A DNA stretch of 31,862 nt from an uncultured Lachnospiraceae bacterium (GCA_946040795.1 CAMGCK010000022.1:1-31862); one strand, 5' to 3'. Shown: positions 17,013 to 26,506, numbered from the stretch's first letter. A program made the numbers and translations. The notes: generated from the letters alone by a model not told the origin.

Positions 17013-18749
17013 ATGAAAAAATGGATCAAATATGTCCGGCCGTATCTGCCGTTCTTTATTCTGGGTCCCATCTGCATGATCATTGAGGTCATCGGTGAAG
17101 TTGTCATGCCGAAGCTCCTTGCTGTGGTCATCAACAATGCAAATGCGGGAACTCTGACGGTTGGAACGAGTCTTTGCACCATGGCACTCATGGTTCTGAC
17201 CGCCGTCATCATGATGGCCGGCGGTGTGGGCGGCGCGTTCTTTGCGACAAAGGCCACCGTCAATTTCGCGGCGGACCTCCGTGCCGATGCTTACCGCAAG
17301 GTTCAGCAGTATTCTTTTGCCAACATTGACAAGTTTTCCACCGGTTCGCTGGTCACTCGTCTGACCAACGACATCACTCAGGTTCAGAACTTTGTCAACA
17401 TGCTTCTCCGTATGGCGCTCCGCGCTCCCGGCATGATGATTGCAGCACTGATCATGGCTGTAACCATTAAGCCTTCTCTTTCCGTAGTATTTGCGGTCAG
17501 CATGCCCCTCATGCTGATCAGTGTGGGATTCATCATCCGCACCGGTTTCCCGCGTTTTGCAGCCATGCAGGAAAAGATCGATAAGCTGAATTCCACCGTG
17601 CAGGAAAATGTCACGAATGTGCGCGTTGTCAAGAGCTTTGTCCGCGAGGATTTTGAAATCAACAAGTTTGCGGATGCCAATGCCGATTTGAAGAAGACCG
17701 GTATGTCTGCTGTCCGTGTCATGATCCTCATGCAGCCGATCATGACGCTGTTCATGAATGCAACCATCATTGCCGTCATTCTGTTTGGCGGTCCCATCGT
17801 CCTTCGCGGCGAGATGCAGGTTGGAGACCTTTCCGCATTTCTGACCTATGTAACGCAGATCCTCATGTCGCTTGTCATGATCACCTTCATGCTGATGATG
17901 TCTTCCCGTGCGGTGGCATCCGGCAAGCGTATCATGGAAGTCATGGATGAGCAGCCGGATATTAACGATGACCGGGCAGCGCACCTTGATAAGGAAGTTA
18001 AAAACGGCAGTGTTGCTTTTGAGAATGTGACCTTCCGTTATTACAAAAACAGCGAAGAATGTGTCCTGAACAAGATTAATCTGAGCATTCCCGCCGGCGC
18101 AACGGTTGGTATCATCGGCTCCACCGGCTGCGGCAAGACCACACTGGTATCCATGATTCCCCGACTTTACGACTGTGATGAAGGCCGCGTTCTGGTAGAT
18201 GATACCGATGTTCGCGATTATTCCCTGACCAAGCTTCGTGACGGCATCGGCATGGTACTGCAGAAGAATACGCTGTTTTCCGGTTCCATCGCGGAAAACC
18301 TTCGCTGGGGCGATGAATCTGCTTCCGACGAAGAAGTCAGGAAATACGCAGCATACGCTCAGGCTGACAAATTTGTGGATACCTTTAAGGAGGGTTATGA
18401 TACCATTCTGGACCAGGGTGGTACCAACGTGTCCGGCGGCCAGAAGCAGCGTCTCTGCATTGCCCGTGCTCTGCTGAAAAAACCGAAGATCCTGATCCTG
18501 GATGACTCCACCTCCGCGGTCGATACCGCAACCGAGGCTCAGATCCGCCGCGTATTCCGCGAGGAACTGAATGATTCCACAAAGATCATCATTGCACAGC
18601 GCATTACATCTGTCATGGAAGCGGACATGATCGTCGTCATGAACGACGGCACGATCACCGGTGTCGGTACACACGAAGAACTGCTGGCCGGCAACGAGGA
18701 ATACCGCGAGATCTACGATTCCCAGATGGAAAACAGGAAGGAGGGCTGA
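17013..18749 (+). CDS. ABC transporter permease/ATP-binding protein (second pair, subunit 1)
   Basis: 578 aa from ATG 17013 (MKKWIKYVRPYL), with RBS AAAGGAAAG. Walker A is GSTGCGKTT. The signature is VSGGQKQRL. Walker B is ILILDDSTSAVD. The 16908 extension was rejected. Confidence 0.85.
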   Translation: MKKWIKYVRPYLPFFILGPICMIIEVIGEVVMPKLLAVVINNANAGTLTVGTSLCTMALMVLTAVIMMAGGVGGAFFATKATVNFAADLRADAYRKVQQYSFANIDKFSTGSLVTRLTNDITQVQNFVNMLLRMALRAPGMMIAALIMAVTIKPSLSVVFAVSMPLMLISVGFIIRTGFPRFAAMQEKIDKLNSTVQENVTNVRVVKSFVREDFEINKFADANADLKKTGMSAVRVMILMQPIMTLFMNATIIAVILFGGPIVLRGEMQVGDLSAFLTYVTQILMSLVMITFMLMMSSRAVASGKRIMEVMDEQPDINDDRAAHLDKEVKNGSVAFENVTFRYYKNSEECVLNKINLSIPAGATVGIIGSTGCGKTTLVSMIPRLYDCDEGRVLVDDTDVRDYSLTKLRDGIGMVLQKNTLFSGSIAENLRWGDESASDEEVRKYAAYAQADKFVDTFKEGYDTILDQGGTNVSGGQKQRLCIARALLKKPKILILDDSTSAVDTATEAQIRRVFREELNDSTKIIIAQRITSVMEADMIVVMNDGTITGVGTHEELLAGNEEYREIYDSQMENRKEG

Positions 18750-18753
18750 AAAC

Positions 18754-20688
18754 ATGGCAAGAACACTTGAACAGCTTCAGGCGCGTTATAACAGCTCCTC
18801 GAAAAAAGGCCCGCAGGGCGGCGGAAGAGGTCCGCACGGTCCCCGTCCGCAGGGAAAACCGAAGAACGCAAAGCAGACCATCGCCCGTCTGGCAGGATAT
18901 GCCCACGGCTTTGAATGGCGCTTCATTCTGGTGCTGATCTGCATGCTGACTACTACTGTGAGCTCGCTTATCGGCGGCTACATGCTGGCACCCATCATTG
19001 ACCGTCTGACTGTGGCCGTTACAGGAAGAGAACCGGAAATGTCCGTTCTGGAACGCGCAGCCGATTCTGTTGTCCGCAGTCTCATGAACAGTGCAGGTGC
19101 AGACACCACAGCCGTCATGCCGTATGTTATTACCGCCGCGCTTCTTCTTGGCGCGATCTATCTTGTCAGCCTTGCCATGACCTACCTTCAGGCACGTCTG
19201 ATGCTGGGCTTCTCCCAGGGTATGATCGAGCGCATCAGAAACGATCTGTTTACCAAACTTCAGCATCTGCCGGTCCGCTATTTTGACGGTCATCCCACCG
19301 GTGAAGTCATGTCCCGTTTCACGAATGATGTGGACAATATCGATGTCATGATCAACAACTCCCTGACCTCCATCATTTCCGGCGTGGTCACCCTGCTGGG
19401 TACGCTGACTTTCATGCTGACGACCAGCTGGATCCTGACGATGGTCACGGTTGTCTGCATTCCGCTGTTTGCTTTTGGCGGCGGCGCGCTTGCCAGGATC
19501 TCGCGGAAATACTATTCCGCTCAGCAGGCTGCGCTGGGTGCGGTTAACGGTTACATCGAAGAAAATGTCACCGGACAGAAGGTCATCAAGGTCTTCAACC
19601 ACGAAGACACCTGCGTGGAAGAATTCTGTATGCTGAATGACGACATGCGTGACAAACAGTTCAACGCAAACTTCTACGGCGGCATCATGGGCCCTGTCAT
19701 GGGCAATATGTCTCAGATCACATACGGCATTACAGTCGGCGTGGGCGGCGTGCTGATGCTTTCCGGACTGCTTACCCCCGGCGGTCTGACCGTATTCGCA
19801 GGTTATTCCCGTCAGTTCTCCATGCCCATCAACCAGCTGGCGCAGCAGATGGCCACCATCTTCTCCGCACTGGCCGGCGCGGAACGCGTTTTTGATGTCA
19901 TGGATACGGAACCGGAAGCAAAGGATGCGGAAAACGCAGATCCGATGCCGCATATGGAGGGCAATGTGGTTCTTGATAACGTCACCTTCGGTTATGTGCC
20001 GGACAAGACGATCCTGAAGCATATCAGCCTGTATGCAAAGCCCGGTCAGAAAATCGCCTTCGTCGGTTCCACCGGTGCCGGTAAGACCACGGTCACTAAC
20101 CTGCTGAATCGTTTCTATGACATTGAAGAGGGCAGCATTACCATCGACGGCGTGGATATCCGCAATATCAAGCGTGATGTTCTTCGTGAAAACATCGCCA
20201 TGGTTCTGCAGGATACACACCTGTTCACCGGTACCATTCGCGAAAATATCCGTTACGGCCGTCTGGACGCCACGGACGAAGAAGTCATTCAGGCAGCCAA
20301 GACCGCGTCTGCGCATTCCTTCATCATGCGTCTTGCGGATGGTTATGACACGATCATCGAGGGCGATGGCGCCAACCTCTCTCAGGGTCAGCGTCAGTTG
20401 CTGAACATCGCACGTGCAGCCATTTCCAAGGCTCCGATCCTGGTTCTGGACGAGGCGACGAGCTCCGTCGACACCCGTACTGAGCGTCACATTGAACACG
20501 GTATGGATCGCCTGATGAAGAACCGTACGACTTTTGTCATTGCACATCGTCTGTCCACAGTCCGCAATGCCAATGCCATCATGGTACTGGAACACGGTGA
20601 GATCATTGAACGCGGAAATCATGACGAGCTGCTGGCACTTAAGGGCCGTTATTACGAGCTCTATACCGGTGTGAAGGAACTGGATTAA
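18754..20688 (+). CDS. ABC transporter permease/ATP-binding protein (second pair, subunit 2) with a Gly/Pro-rich N-terminal tail
   Basis: 644 aa from ATG 18754 (MARTLEQLQARYN), with RBS AGGAAGGAGGG. Walker A is GSTGAGKTT. The signature is LSQGQRQLL. Walker B is ILVLDEATSSVD. The 18661 extension overlaps the upstream NBD and was rejected. Confidence 0.85.
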   Translation: MARTLEQLQARYNSSSKKGPQGGGRGPHGPRPQGKPKNAKQTIARLAGYAHGFEWRFILVLICMLTTTVSSLIGGYMLAPIIDRLTVAVTGREPEMSVLERAADSVVRSLMNSAGADTTAVMPYVITAALLLGAIYLVSLAMTYLQARLMLGFSQGMIERIRNDLFTKLQHLPVRYFDGHPTGEVMSRFTNDVDNIDVMINNSLTSIISGVVTLLGTLTFMLTTSWILTMVTVVCIPLFAFGGGALARISRKYYSAQQAALGAVNGYIEENVTGQKVIKVFNHEDTCVEEFCMLNDDMRDKQFNANFYGGIMGPVMGNMSQITYGITVGVGGVLMLSGLLTPGGLTVFAGYSRQFSMPINQLAQQMATIFSALAGAERVFDVMDTEPEAKDAENADPMPHMEGNVVLDNVTFGYVPDKTILKHISLYAKPGQKIAFVGSTGAGKTTVTNLLNRFYDIEEGSITIDGVDIRNIKRDVLRENIAMVLQDTHLFTGTIRENIRYGRLDATDEEVIQAAKTASAHSFIMRLADGYDTIIEGDGANLSQGQRQLLNIARAAISKAPILVLDEATSSVDTRTERHIEHGMDRLMKNRTTFVIAHRLSTVRNANAIMVLEHGEIIERGNHDELLALKGRYYELYTGVKELD

Positions 20689-20768
20689 AAAACATACAAA
20701 ATCGAAATATTGGACTCCGGAAAGGGGAAATATATTTTGACCTTCTGTATGTAATATGATAATATGAT

Positions 20769-20808
20769 AAGCGGGATTTGAGCGCCTGACGCTCAGCCCG
20801 CTTATTTT
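20769..20808 (+). terminator. rho-independent terminator after ABC exporter pair 2
   Basis: AAGCGGG-ATTTGAGCGCCTGACGCTCAG-CCCGCTT is followed by ATTTTAC. There is an inner second stem TGAGCG/CGCTCA. Confidence 0.7.
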
Positions 20809-20891
20809 ACACAAACTGAAATAAGCACGGAAAGGGCGGTTCCGGGTTTTATTTATGCCGCTTCTAAACGATTACAATATAAGGAGTTTTT

Positions 20892-22313
20892 ATGACAGCA
20901 CAAGTACAGAAAACCGGTTTCCGTAAGAAGTTTATCGGTAATAAGGCGTTTTACAGTTCGGTTCTGGCAGTAAGCGTTCCGATCATGATCCAGAACGGTA
21001 TTTCCAACTTTGTCAGTATGCTCGACAACATCATGGTCGGCCGCGTGGGCACTGCGCAGATGTCCGGTGTATCCATCGTCAACCAGCTGATGTTCGTATA
21101 CTTCCTCTGCATTTTTGGCGGTCTGGGCGGCGTCGGCATTTTTACCGCGCAGTATTACGGCAACAAAGATGAAGAGGGTATCCGCCGCACATTCCGTTTT
21201 AAAATCTGGCTGGCGCTGATCATTACGGCGATTGCCGCTGTGATCTTTATTCTGTTTGCTGAGCCGCTCATCGGTCTCTATTTAAAAGGTGAGGGCGATT
21301 CCGCCGCGGAGATTGCAGCCACCCTGCAGTACGGCATGGGTTACCTGAATATCGTTCTGCTCTCCCTTCCGGCGTTTATGCTGCTGCAGATCTATGCTTC
21401 CACCATTCGTGCCTGCGGTGAAACGGTCCTGCCCATGAAGGCGGGCGTTGTGGCCGTGCTGGTCAACCTGGTGTTCAACTATCTGCTTATTTTCGGTAAG
21501 TTCGGCTTCCCGGAAATGGGTGTTTACGGTGCTGCAGTGGCAACGGTACTTTCCCGTTATGTGGAGGCTGCCATCGTTGTGATCTGGGTACATACACACA
21601 AGGCAAGAAATTCCTGGATCCACGGCGCGTACAGAACAATTCTGGTTCCGCTGCCCATCGTCAAAAAATTCATTCTTAAAGGCATGCCGCTTCTTGCCAA
21701 TGAAGCCCTGTGGTCCATTGCGCAGGCCATGCTGACTCAGTGTTATTCCCTGCGCGGTCTGAATGTCATTGTTGCGTTTAATATCGCCAATACGCTTGGC
21801 GGTATGCTGAATATCGTCTTCTTCTCCATGGGCGATGCCGTTTCCATCATGGTCGGTCAGCAGCTCGGTGCCGGTGATACTGAAAGGGCCGTGGATACGG
21901 ATAATAAGATCATCTTTTTTGCAGTCATATTCAGTGTGATTGCAATGATCGCGTTTATGATCCTTGCGCCGTTCTTCCCGCGGTTCTATAACACCAGTGA
22001 TGCCGCGCGTCAGCTGGCTACGAATCTCATGATTGCCCAGGCGGCATTTTATCCGCTGTTTGCCTTCTGCCACTGCACCTACTTTACGCTGCGTTCCGGC
22101 GGTAAGACTGTGGTCACGTTCCTGTTCGACAGTGCGTTCAACTGCGCGATCTCTGTCCCGGTCGCTTTTGTGCTGAGCCGCTTTACGGGCATTCCGGCGG
22201 TGGGATGCTATGTCATTGTTACCGCATGTGATTTTATCAAAGCAATTATCGGCTATGTTCTTCTGAAAAAGGGTGTCTGGATCAATAACATTGTTGCCGA
22301 TGACAAAGCCTGA
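20892..22313 (+). CDS. MATE family efflux transporter (second copy)
   Basis: 473 aa. The sequence SSVLAVSVPIMIQNGISNFVSMLDNIMVGRVGTAQMSGVSIVNQL is the MatE N-terminal signature. RBS TAAGGAG precedes the ATG. Confidence 0.9.
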   Translation: MTAQVQKTGFRKKFIGNKAFYSSVLAVSVPIMIQNGISNFVSMLDNIMVGRVGTAQMSGVSIVNQLMFVYFLCIFGGLGGVGIFTAQYYGNKDEEGIRRTFRFKIWLALIITAIAAVIFILFAEPLIGLYLKGEGDSAAEIAATLQYGMGYLNIVLLSLPAFMLLQIYASTIRACGETVLPMKAGVVAVLVNLVFNYLLIFGKFGFPEMGVYGAAVATVLSRYVEAAIVVIWVHTHKARNSWIHGAYRTILVPLPIVKKFILKGMPLLANEALWSIAQAMLTQCYSLRGLNVIVAFNIANTLGGMLNIVFFSMGDAVSIMVGQQLGAGDTERAVDTDNKIIFFAVIFSVIAMIAFMILAPFFPRFYNTSDAARQLATNLMIAQAAFYPLFAFCHCTYFTLRSGGKTVVTFLFDSAFNCAISVPVAFVLSRFTGIPAVGCYVIVTACDFIKAIIGYVLLKKGVWINNIVADDKA

Positions 22314-22504
22314 TGAATACCTGTGTGATCTGCGGAAGGGTGCTGACGCAGAATGAGATCGGTGCCACAAAGAAACTGGTCAACCGGAACAGCACGGAGT
22401 TCCTCTGTGTTTCCTGCCTGGCGGATAAGTTTGGCGTGACAGAAGAAAAGATCAATGAGATGATCGAAAAATACAGAAAGAGCGGATGTACCTTGTTTGT
22501 GTGA
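22313..22504 (+). CDS. small Cys-rich (2x CxxC) protein of unknown function, translationally coupled to the MATE gene
   Basis: 63 aa: MNTCVICGRVL...EFLCVSCLADKF...KSGCTLFV. The start ATG overlaps the MATE stop in TGATG. The zinc-ribbon-like CxxC...CxxC spacing argues for a real gene despite its size. Confidence 0.5.
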   Translation: MNTCVICGRVLTQNEIGATKKLVNRNSTEFLCVSCLADKFGVTEEKINEMIEKYRKSGCTLFV

Positions 22505-22522
22505 AAACAAATGACACAAGAA

Positions 22523-22547
22523 GAAATTCATTAGATGCATGAATTTC
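22523..22547. promoter_or_regulatory. 9-bp-arm palindrome GAAATTCAT-N7-ATGAATTTC upstream of the GH27 gene, a candidate operator
   Basis: The arms lie at 22523-22531 and 22539-22547, about 55 nt upstream of ATG 22603. An AT-rich -10-like sequence CATAAT/TATAAA lies between the palindrome and the RBS. Confidence 0.3.
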
Positions 22548-22602
22548 CGCTGTACATCGAAAGATAAAGAATATTCATAATTTGATATAAAGGAGAATTA
22601 CA

Positions 22603-23745
22603 ATGATCAAATTAACACCTCCCATGGGCTGGAACTCATGGAATACTTTCGGAAACGATATCAATGAGCAGATGATCATGGAAATGGCCGATGTCATGGT
22701 TGAAAAGGGCTTCCTTGAAAAAGGCTATGAATACCTGGTCATCGATGACTGCTGGTCTTTAAGAGAACGTGACCATGACGGCAAGCTGGCGGCCGATCCG
22801 GAAAAGTTCCCGCACGGCATGAAGTATGTGGCGGATTATGTTCATTCCAAGGGCCTGAAGTTCGGTATGTATTCCTGCGCCGGCAACCTGACCTGCGCCG
22901 GTTACCCCGCCTCCTTTGAGCATGAATTTACAGACGCTGCCACGTTTGCGGAGTGGGGCATGGATTTCCTAAAATATGATTACTGTTATCACAGCAGCAT
23001 CATTCCGGGCAAGTATTTGTATCGCCGTATGGGTACTGCACTTGCGAACTGCGGCCGTGACATCCTGTTCTCTGCCTGCAGCTGGGGCGCTGATCAGACA
23101 CATGAATGGATCAAGGAGACCGGCGCGCATATGTGGCGTTCCACCGGCGATGTCAACGACTCATGGCAGAGCATTGTCGACCTGACCAAGCAGCAGGATG
23201 CCATCCTTCCTTATGCGGGTGTGGGCTGCTTCAATGACATGGACATGCTGGTCGTCGGTATGTACGGCAAGGGCAATGTCGCACTCACCGGAATGAATGA
23301 CACCCAGTACAAGTCTCATATGTCCATCTGGTGTGTCATGGGCTCCCCGCTGATGATGGGTGCCGATATCCGCACCCTGACTCCGGAAGCATTCAACATC
23401 ATGACCAATGAGGAACTGATTGCCATCGATCAGGATCCGGCATGCCGCCAGGTTGTCCGCCTGGAGGGCATCTGGAACGCGGAGGAGAATATCCGTATCT
23501 ACTATCGCGCACTGGCAAACGGCGATCTGGCCATCGGTCTGTTCAACCTGACCGGTGAGAAGACCTCCATTCGCCTGAACCTGGATGAAATCGGTCTGCC
23601 GATGAGTACCGGAAAGACCCTGAGACTGCATGAGGTTTGGGGGACGGAAGAAGACAATACTGTAACGAACGGTACCATGACCAAGCAGATCGAGGCTTAT
23701 GACTGCCTGGTATATCGTGCAAAAGTGGTGGATCTGAAGTATTGA
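22603..23745 (+). CDS. GH27 alpha-galactosidase (or alpha-N-acetylgalactosaminidase)
   Basis: 380 aa. LTPPMGWNSWNTFG, YEYLVIDDCWS and DFLKYDYC are hallmark GH27 motifs. The two catalytic Asp lie in DDCW and in a later segment. RBS AAAGGAGAA precedes the ATG. Confidence 0.85.
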   Translation: MIKLTPPMGWNSWNTFGNDINEQMIMEMADVMVEKGFLEKGYEYLVIDDCWSLRERDHDGKLAADPEKFPHGMKYVADYVHSKGLKFGMYSCAGNLTCAGYPASFEHEFTDAATFAEWGMDFLKYDYCYHSSIIPGKYLYRRMGTALANCGRDILFSACSWGADQTHEWIKETGAHMWRSTGDVNDSWQSIVDLTKQQDAILPYAGVGCFNDMDMLVVGMYGKGNVALTGMNDTQYKSHMSIWCVMGSPLMMGADIRTLTPEAFNIMTNEELIAIDQDPACRQVVRLEGIWNAEENIRIYYRALANGDLAIGLFNLTGEKTSIRLNLDEIGLPMSTGKTLRLHEVWGTEEDNTVTNGTMTKQIEAYDCLVYRAKVVDLKY

Positions 23746-25397
23746 TGAAAAAAAGAGTATTGATGTTCCTGCTGACGTTTATTGCGGCAGCAGGACTTTC
23801 TGTTTGTAAAAATCAAATAGAAGAATCAACGGAAACACCGACGGAAGTTACGACAACGACGGAAACCACAACCGAAGAGACAACGGAAGAAGTCACAGAG
23901 ACGGAACCCGAAACAACGGAAGAGACAACGGAGGAATCATCCCAGGAGACCACAGCTACTGAAGATCCTTTTGTACCGCTTGTGATCCCCGCGCCGCTGT
24001 ATGGAGAGGGCACGGTGGATGTGGATTCTAAAAGCTACGTTGTACTGGATGAGGAGGGGCAGGTCTGGTATTCCAAGAACGCGGACATGCATCTGAAACC
24101 GGCCAGCACGACCAAGGTGCTGACTGCGCTTGTGACCTGCTCGTACATGAAGGAAAACGGCCGCTCGCTGGATGAGGTCGTTACGATATCGGAGAGTGCC
24201 GTGAATGCGGTGGATGTGCTTTCCTCGGGCGTTTATCCTTCGCTTCGCGCGGGCGAGACGATGACGGTGCGGGATCTTCTGTATGCATTGATCCTTCCTT
24301 CTACGAATGCAGCGGGCAATGTTCTGGCGGAGTACATCGCCGGAAGCACGGAGGCCTTCACAGACAGGATGAACCTGAAATGCCGGGAGCTGGGCCTTGA
24401 AAATTCGCATTTTGTGAATGCGCACGGTCTGGACAGGGAGGAGCATTATTCCTGTGCTTTTGATCTTGCGGTCATTCTTCGGGAGGCCTGCAAGGACCCG
24501 GATCTTCGTCAGATCCTGGGTACAGTGGACCATGTGATGGCCGGAAACGATTTCATCGGCACACGCAGTCTTAAGGCTACTCATCAGCTGCTGAACGGCA
24601 GAGTCTACTGTCAGGGCGTGTTTGCCGGAAAGCCTGGCTGGACGTACGGGGCACAGGCTACCTGCGTTACCGCGGTGGAACGGAACGGCAAGGTGTTTTA
24701 CATCGCCGTCATGAATTCCGATGAACATCTTCAGTACATGGACACCAAAGTGCTTGCGGAGACAGCTTATGCGGCTTATGGCAGCTACGCACCGGTTCTT
24801 CCCACAGAAGTGCGAAACGCTCGTGTGACGGAAAATTCAGCCTCCGGCATGACCTTCAGCTGGCATCTCACCGGTCAGCCGGTATCCTGCCGCATGGTTT
24901 TCTGGAACAGCTGGTCCGGAACGGGGGCGGCACAGTTCATCAACGGTCTTGCGCCTTCAGCGGATATGTCCTATACGCTGAATTTCCCGGAGCAGGGACC
25001 GTACAATGTACAGATCTTTGCGACCGGCGCAGACGGACAGGAAAATGTTCAGAGTTTCCAGGTACTGTTCATGGGAGAACAGGCTCCGGAACTTGATTCC
25101 ATCAATTTGTGGAACGGACAGCGTTATTTTATCAATTATCGCGGACAGATGGAGAGCGGCTTCATCGAGCTTCCGAACGATGTCCTTTTTGCGGACTATG
25201 ACGGCAAGCTGATCCGGTCATCCCTTGTCAGCGATGATGAGTTTTATGTGGACGATAATTATGAAGTGGCTGCAGGCTGGCGTACAATAAACGGCAGGCA
25301 GTACTATTTCCAGGCCGATGGCGTGAAAGCAACCGGTCGGATCATTATTGACGGGCAGCAGTACACCTTTGATGAAAATGGTGCACTCATACCGTAA
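23745..25397 (+). CDS. serine-type D-Ala-D-Ala carboxypeptidase (peptidase S11/PBP5 family), a putative lipoprotein with a Thr/Glu-rich linker and C-terminal cell-wall-binding-like repeats
   Basis: The SxxK motif is ASTTK, the SxN motif is PSTN, and KPG-like elements are present. The signal peptide MKKRVLMFLLTFIAAAGLSVC may carry a lipobox. The low-complexity linker is TETPTEVTTTTETTTEETTEEVTETEPETTEETTEE. The C-terminus has YYF/DG repeats (WRTINGRQYYFQADG...QQYTFDENG). The start overlaps the GH27 stop (TTGATGA). Confidence 0.8.
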   Translation: MKKRVLMFLLTFIAAAGLSVCKNQIEESTETPTEVTTTTETTTEETTEEVTETEPETTEETTEESSQETTATEDPFVPLVIPAPLYGEGTVDVDSKSYVVLDEEGQVWYSKNADMHLKPASTTKVLTALVTCSYMKENGRSLDEVVTISESAVNAVDVLSSGVYPSLRAGETMTVRDLLYALILPSTNAAGNVLAEYIAGSTEAFTDRMNLKCRELGLENSHFVNAHGLDREEHYSCAFDLAVILREACKDPDLRQILGTVDHVMAGNDFIGTRSLKATHQLLNGRVYCQGVFAGKPGWTYGAQATCVTAVERNGKVFYIAVMNSDEHLQYMDTKVLAETAYAAYGSYAPVLPTEVRNARVTENSASGMTFSWHLTGQPVSCRMVFWNSWSGTGAAQFINGLAPSADMSYTLNFPEQGPYNVQIFATGADGQENVQSFQVLFMGEQAPELDSINLWNGQRYFINYRGQMESGFIELPNDVLFADYDGKLIRSSLVSDDEFYVDDNYEVAAGWRTINGRQYYFQADGVKATGRIIIDGQQYTFDENGALIP

Positions 25398-25409
25398 CAG
25401 GAGAGAACT

Positions 25410-26447
25410 ATGACGGAAAGAGGGAGAAAAAGCCGGAGAACCTCACCGGGATTGAAATATCTGCTCGTGCTTCTTATGGCGGCACTTGTTATTGTGTCAG
25501 CGCTGCTGTTTGCGGAGCCGACGCGTGCAGACCGGAATGTGGACGGAACACTTCCCGTAAATGAAACGATCGTGGAAGAACTGCGTTCCATGGAGGATGA
25601 GGATGTACGGCAGGTGGTGCAGAAAATGACTTCCGTGGCAGAGAGCCGCTGGGAGTCCGAGTCTGCGTCCATATGGGAATCCGAGTCTGTGGAGCAGTCC
25701 ATTGCGATGTCCATCGCATTGGAGGAGAGCAGCATTGAAGCCAGTGAAGCACAGTCCCTGTATGAATCTTCCGTGGCGGAGGCATCCAAAGAGGCGGAAT
25801 ACGCAGCTCTGAACGCACCGCTTGCGGGTTCACATCTGATTGCCCGCGATGTGGTCCGGAACTGCGATGATACGGATATTGCCTATATCCGCGCACTGTA
25901 CTCACACTGCATCGTCATCGGTAATTCCCGTGCGAAAAACGCGGTGGACTGCGGCATCCTGACGGACAATGAGGTAAAATACATGTCCGGTGTCCCGATC
26001 AAAACGCTGGAGCCTTTTGCACTGCAGCAGGCTTATCTCTATGCGCCCAAGACGCTGTTCATCATGGGGCTGAACGATGTTGCCGTCTATGACCGTGACG
26101 CTGAGGCTTTCAAGGCCGATTACACGGCAATGCTGCGTCAGTACCAGGCCATCAACCCCGGAAAGATCTATGTTATGGAAAGTCTGCCGCTTCCGGACCC
26201 GGCAGCGGAAGGATATTTCTATCGCGCGTACACTTCACTCCCGGCATTTAATGATGCCATCTATCGCATGTGTCAGGAGAACGGCTGGACCTATGTTTCT
26301 GCCAGTGATTACGCGGAAGCGCGTCTGATCAACTCCGAAGACCATGCACATTACGGCAAGGAGTTTTACTTCCTGTGGGCGCAGACCATTGCCACGCAGA
26401 TGCATCTTTGGGAAGATAACGCCGGCCTGGGCTATGAAATTCCGTAA
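25410..26447 (+). CDS. membrane-anchored protein with acidic Ser/Glu repeats and a C-terminal SGNH/GDSL-hydrolase-like domain
   Basis: 345 aa. The N-terminal TM helix is LKYLLVLLMAALVIVSALLF. The repeat is SRWESESASIWESESVEQS. The SGNH-like blocks are VIGNSRA (GxS), FIMGLNDV (GxND) and DHAHY (DxxH). RBS AGGAGAGAA precedes the ATG. Confidence 0.5.
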   Translation: MTERGRKSRRTSPGLKYLLVLLMAALVIVSALLFAEPTRADRNVDGTLPVNETIVEELRSMEDEDVRQVVQKMTSVAESRWESESASIWESESVEQSIAMSIALEESSIEASEAQSLYESSVAEASKEAEYAALNAPLAGSHLIARDVVRNCDDTDIAYIRALYSHCIVIGNSRAKNAVDCGILTDNEVKYMSGVPIKTLEPFALQQAYLYAPKTLFIMGLNDVAVYDRDAEAFKADYTAMLRQYQAINPGKIYVMESLPLPDPAAEGYFYRAYTSLPAFNDAIYRMCQENGWTYVSASDYAEARLINSEDHAHYGKEFYFLWAQTIATQMHLWEDNAGLGYEIP

Positions 26448-26477
26448 TAGCGTGTGTTATTCCGCTGATATTACCTG

Positions 26478-26506
26478 TCGACAAACCGCGAAAAAAGTTC
26501 TATAAT
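26478..26506 (+). promoter_or_regulatory. strong sigma-A-type promoter (TCGACA, 17 nt spacer, TATAAT) for the SPFH gene
   Basis: TCGACA is at 26478-26483. A 17-nt spacer follows. TATAAT is at 26501-26506, about 65 nt upstream of ATG 26572. Confidence 0.55.

Noticed and set aside
16971-20814. Very long minus-strand ORFs (594 aa at 16971-18755 and 719 aa at 18655-20814)
   Set aside because: They are antisense to the two ABC exporter genes, which have Walker A, signature and Walker B motifs. The antisense translations are compositionally biased (D/H/G-rich) and motif-free. This is a typical GC-rich artefact. The same applies to 27579-29423 (antisense to pcrA), 9581-10870 and 10123-10857 (antisense to the ATPase), 13428-14111 and 14298-15233 (antisense to the ABC genes), and 30741-31718 (antisense to glnS).
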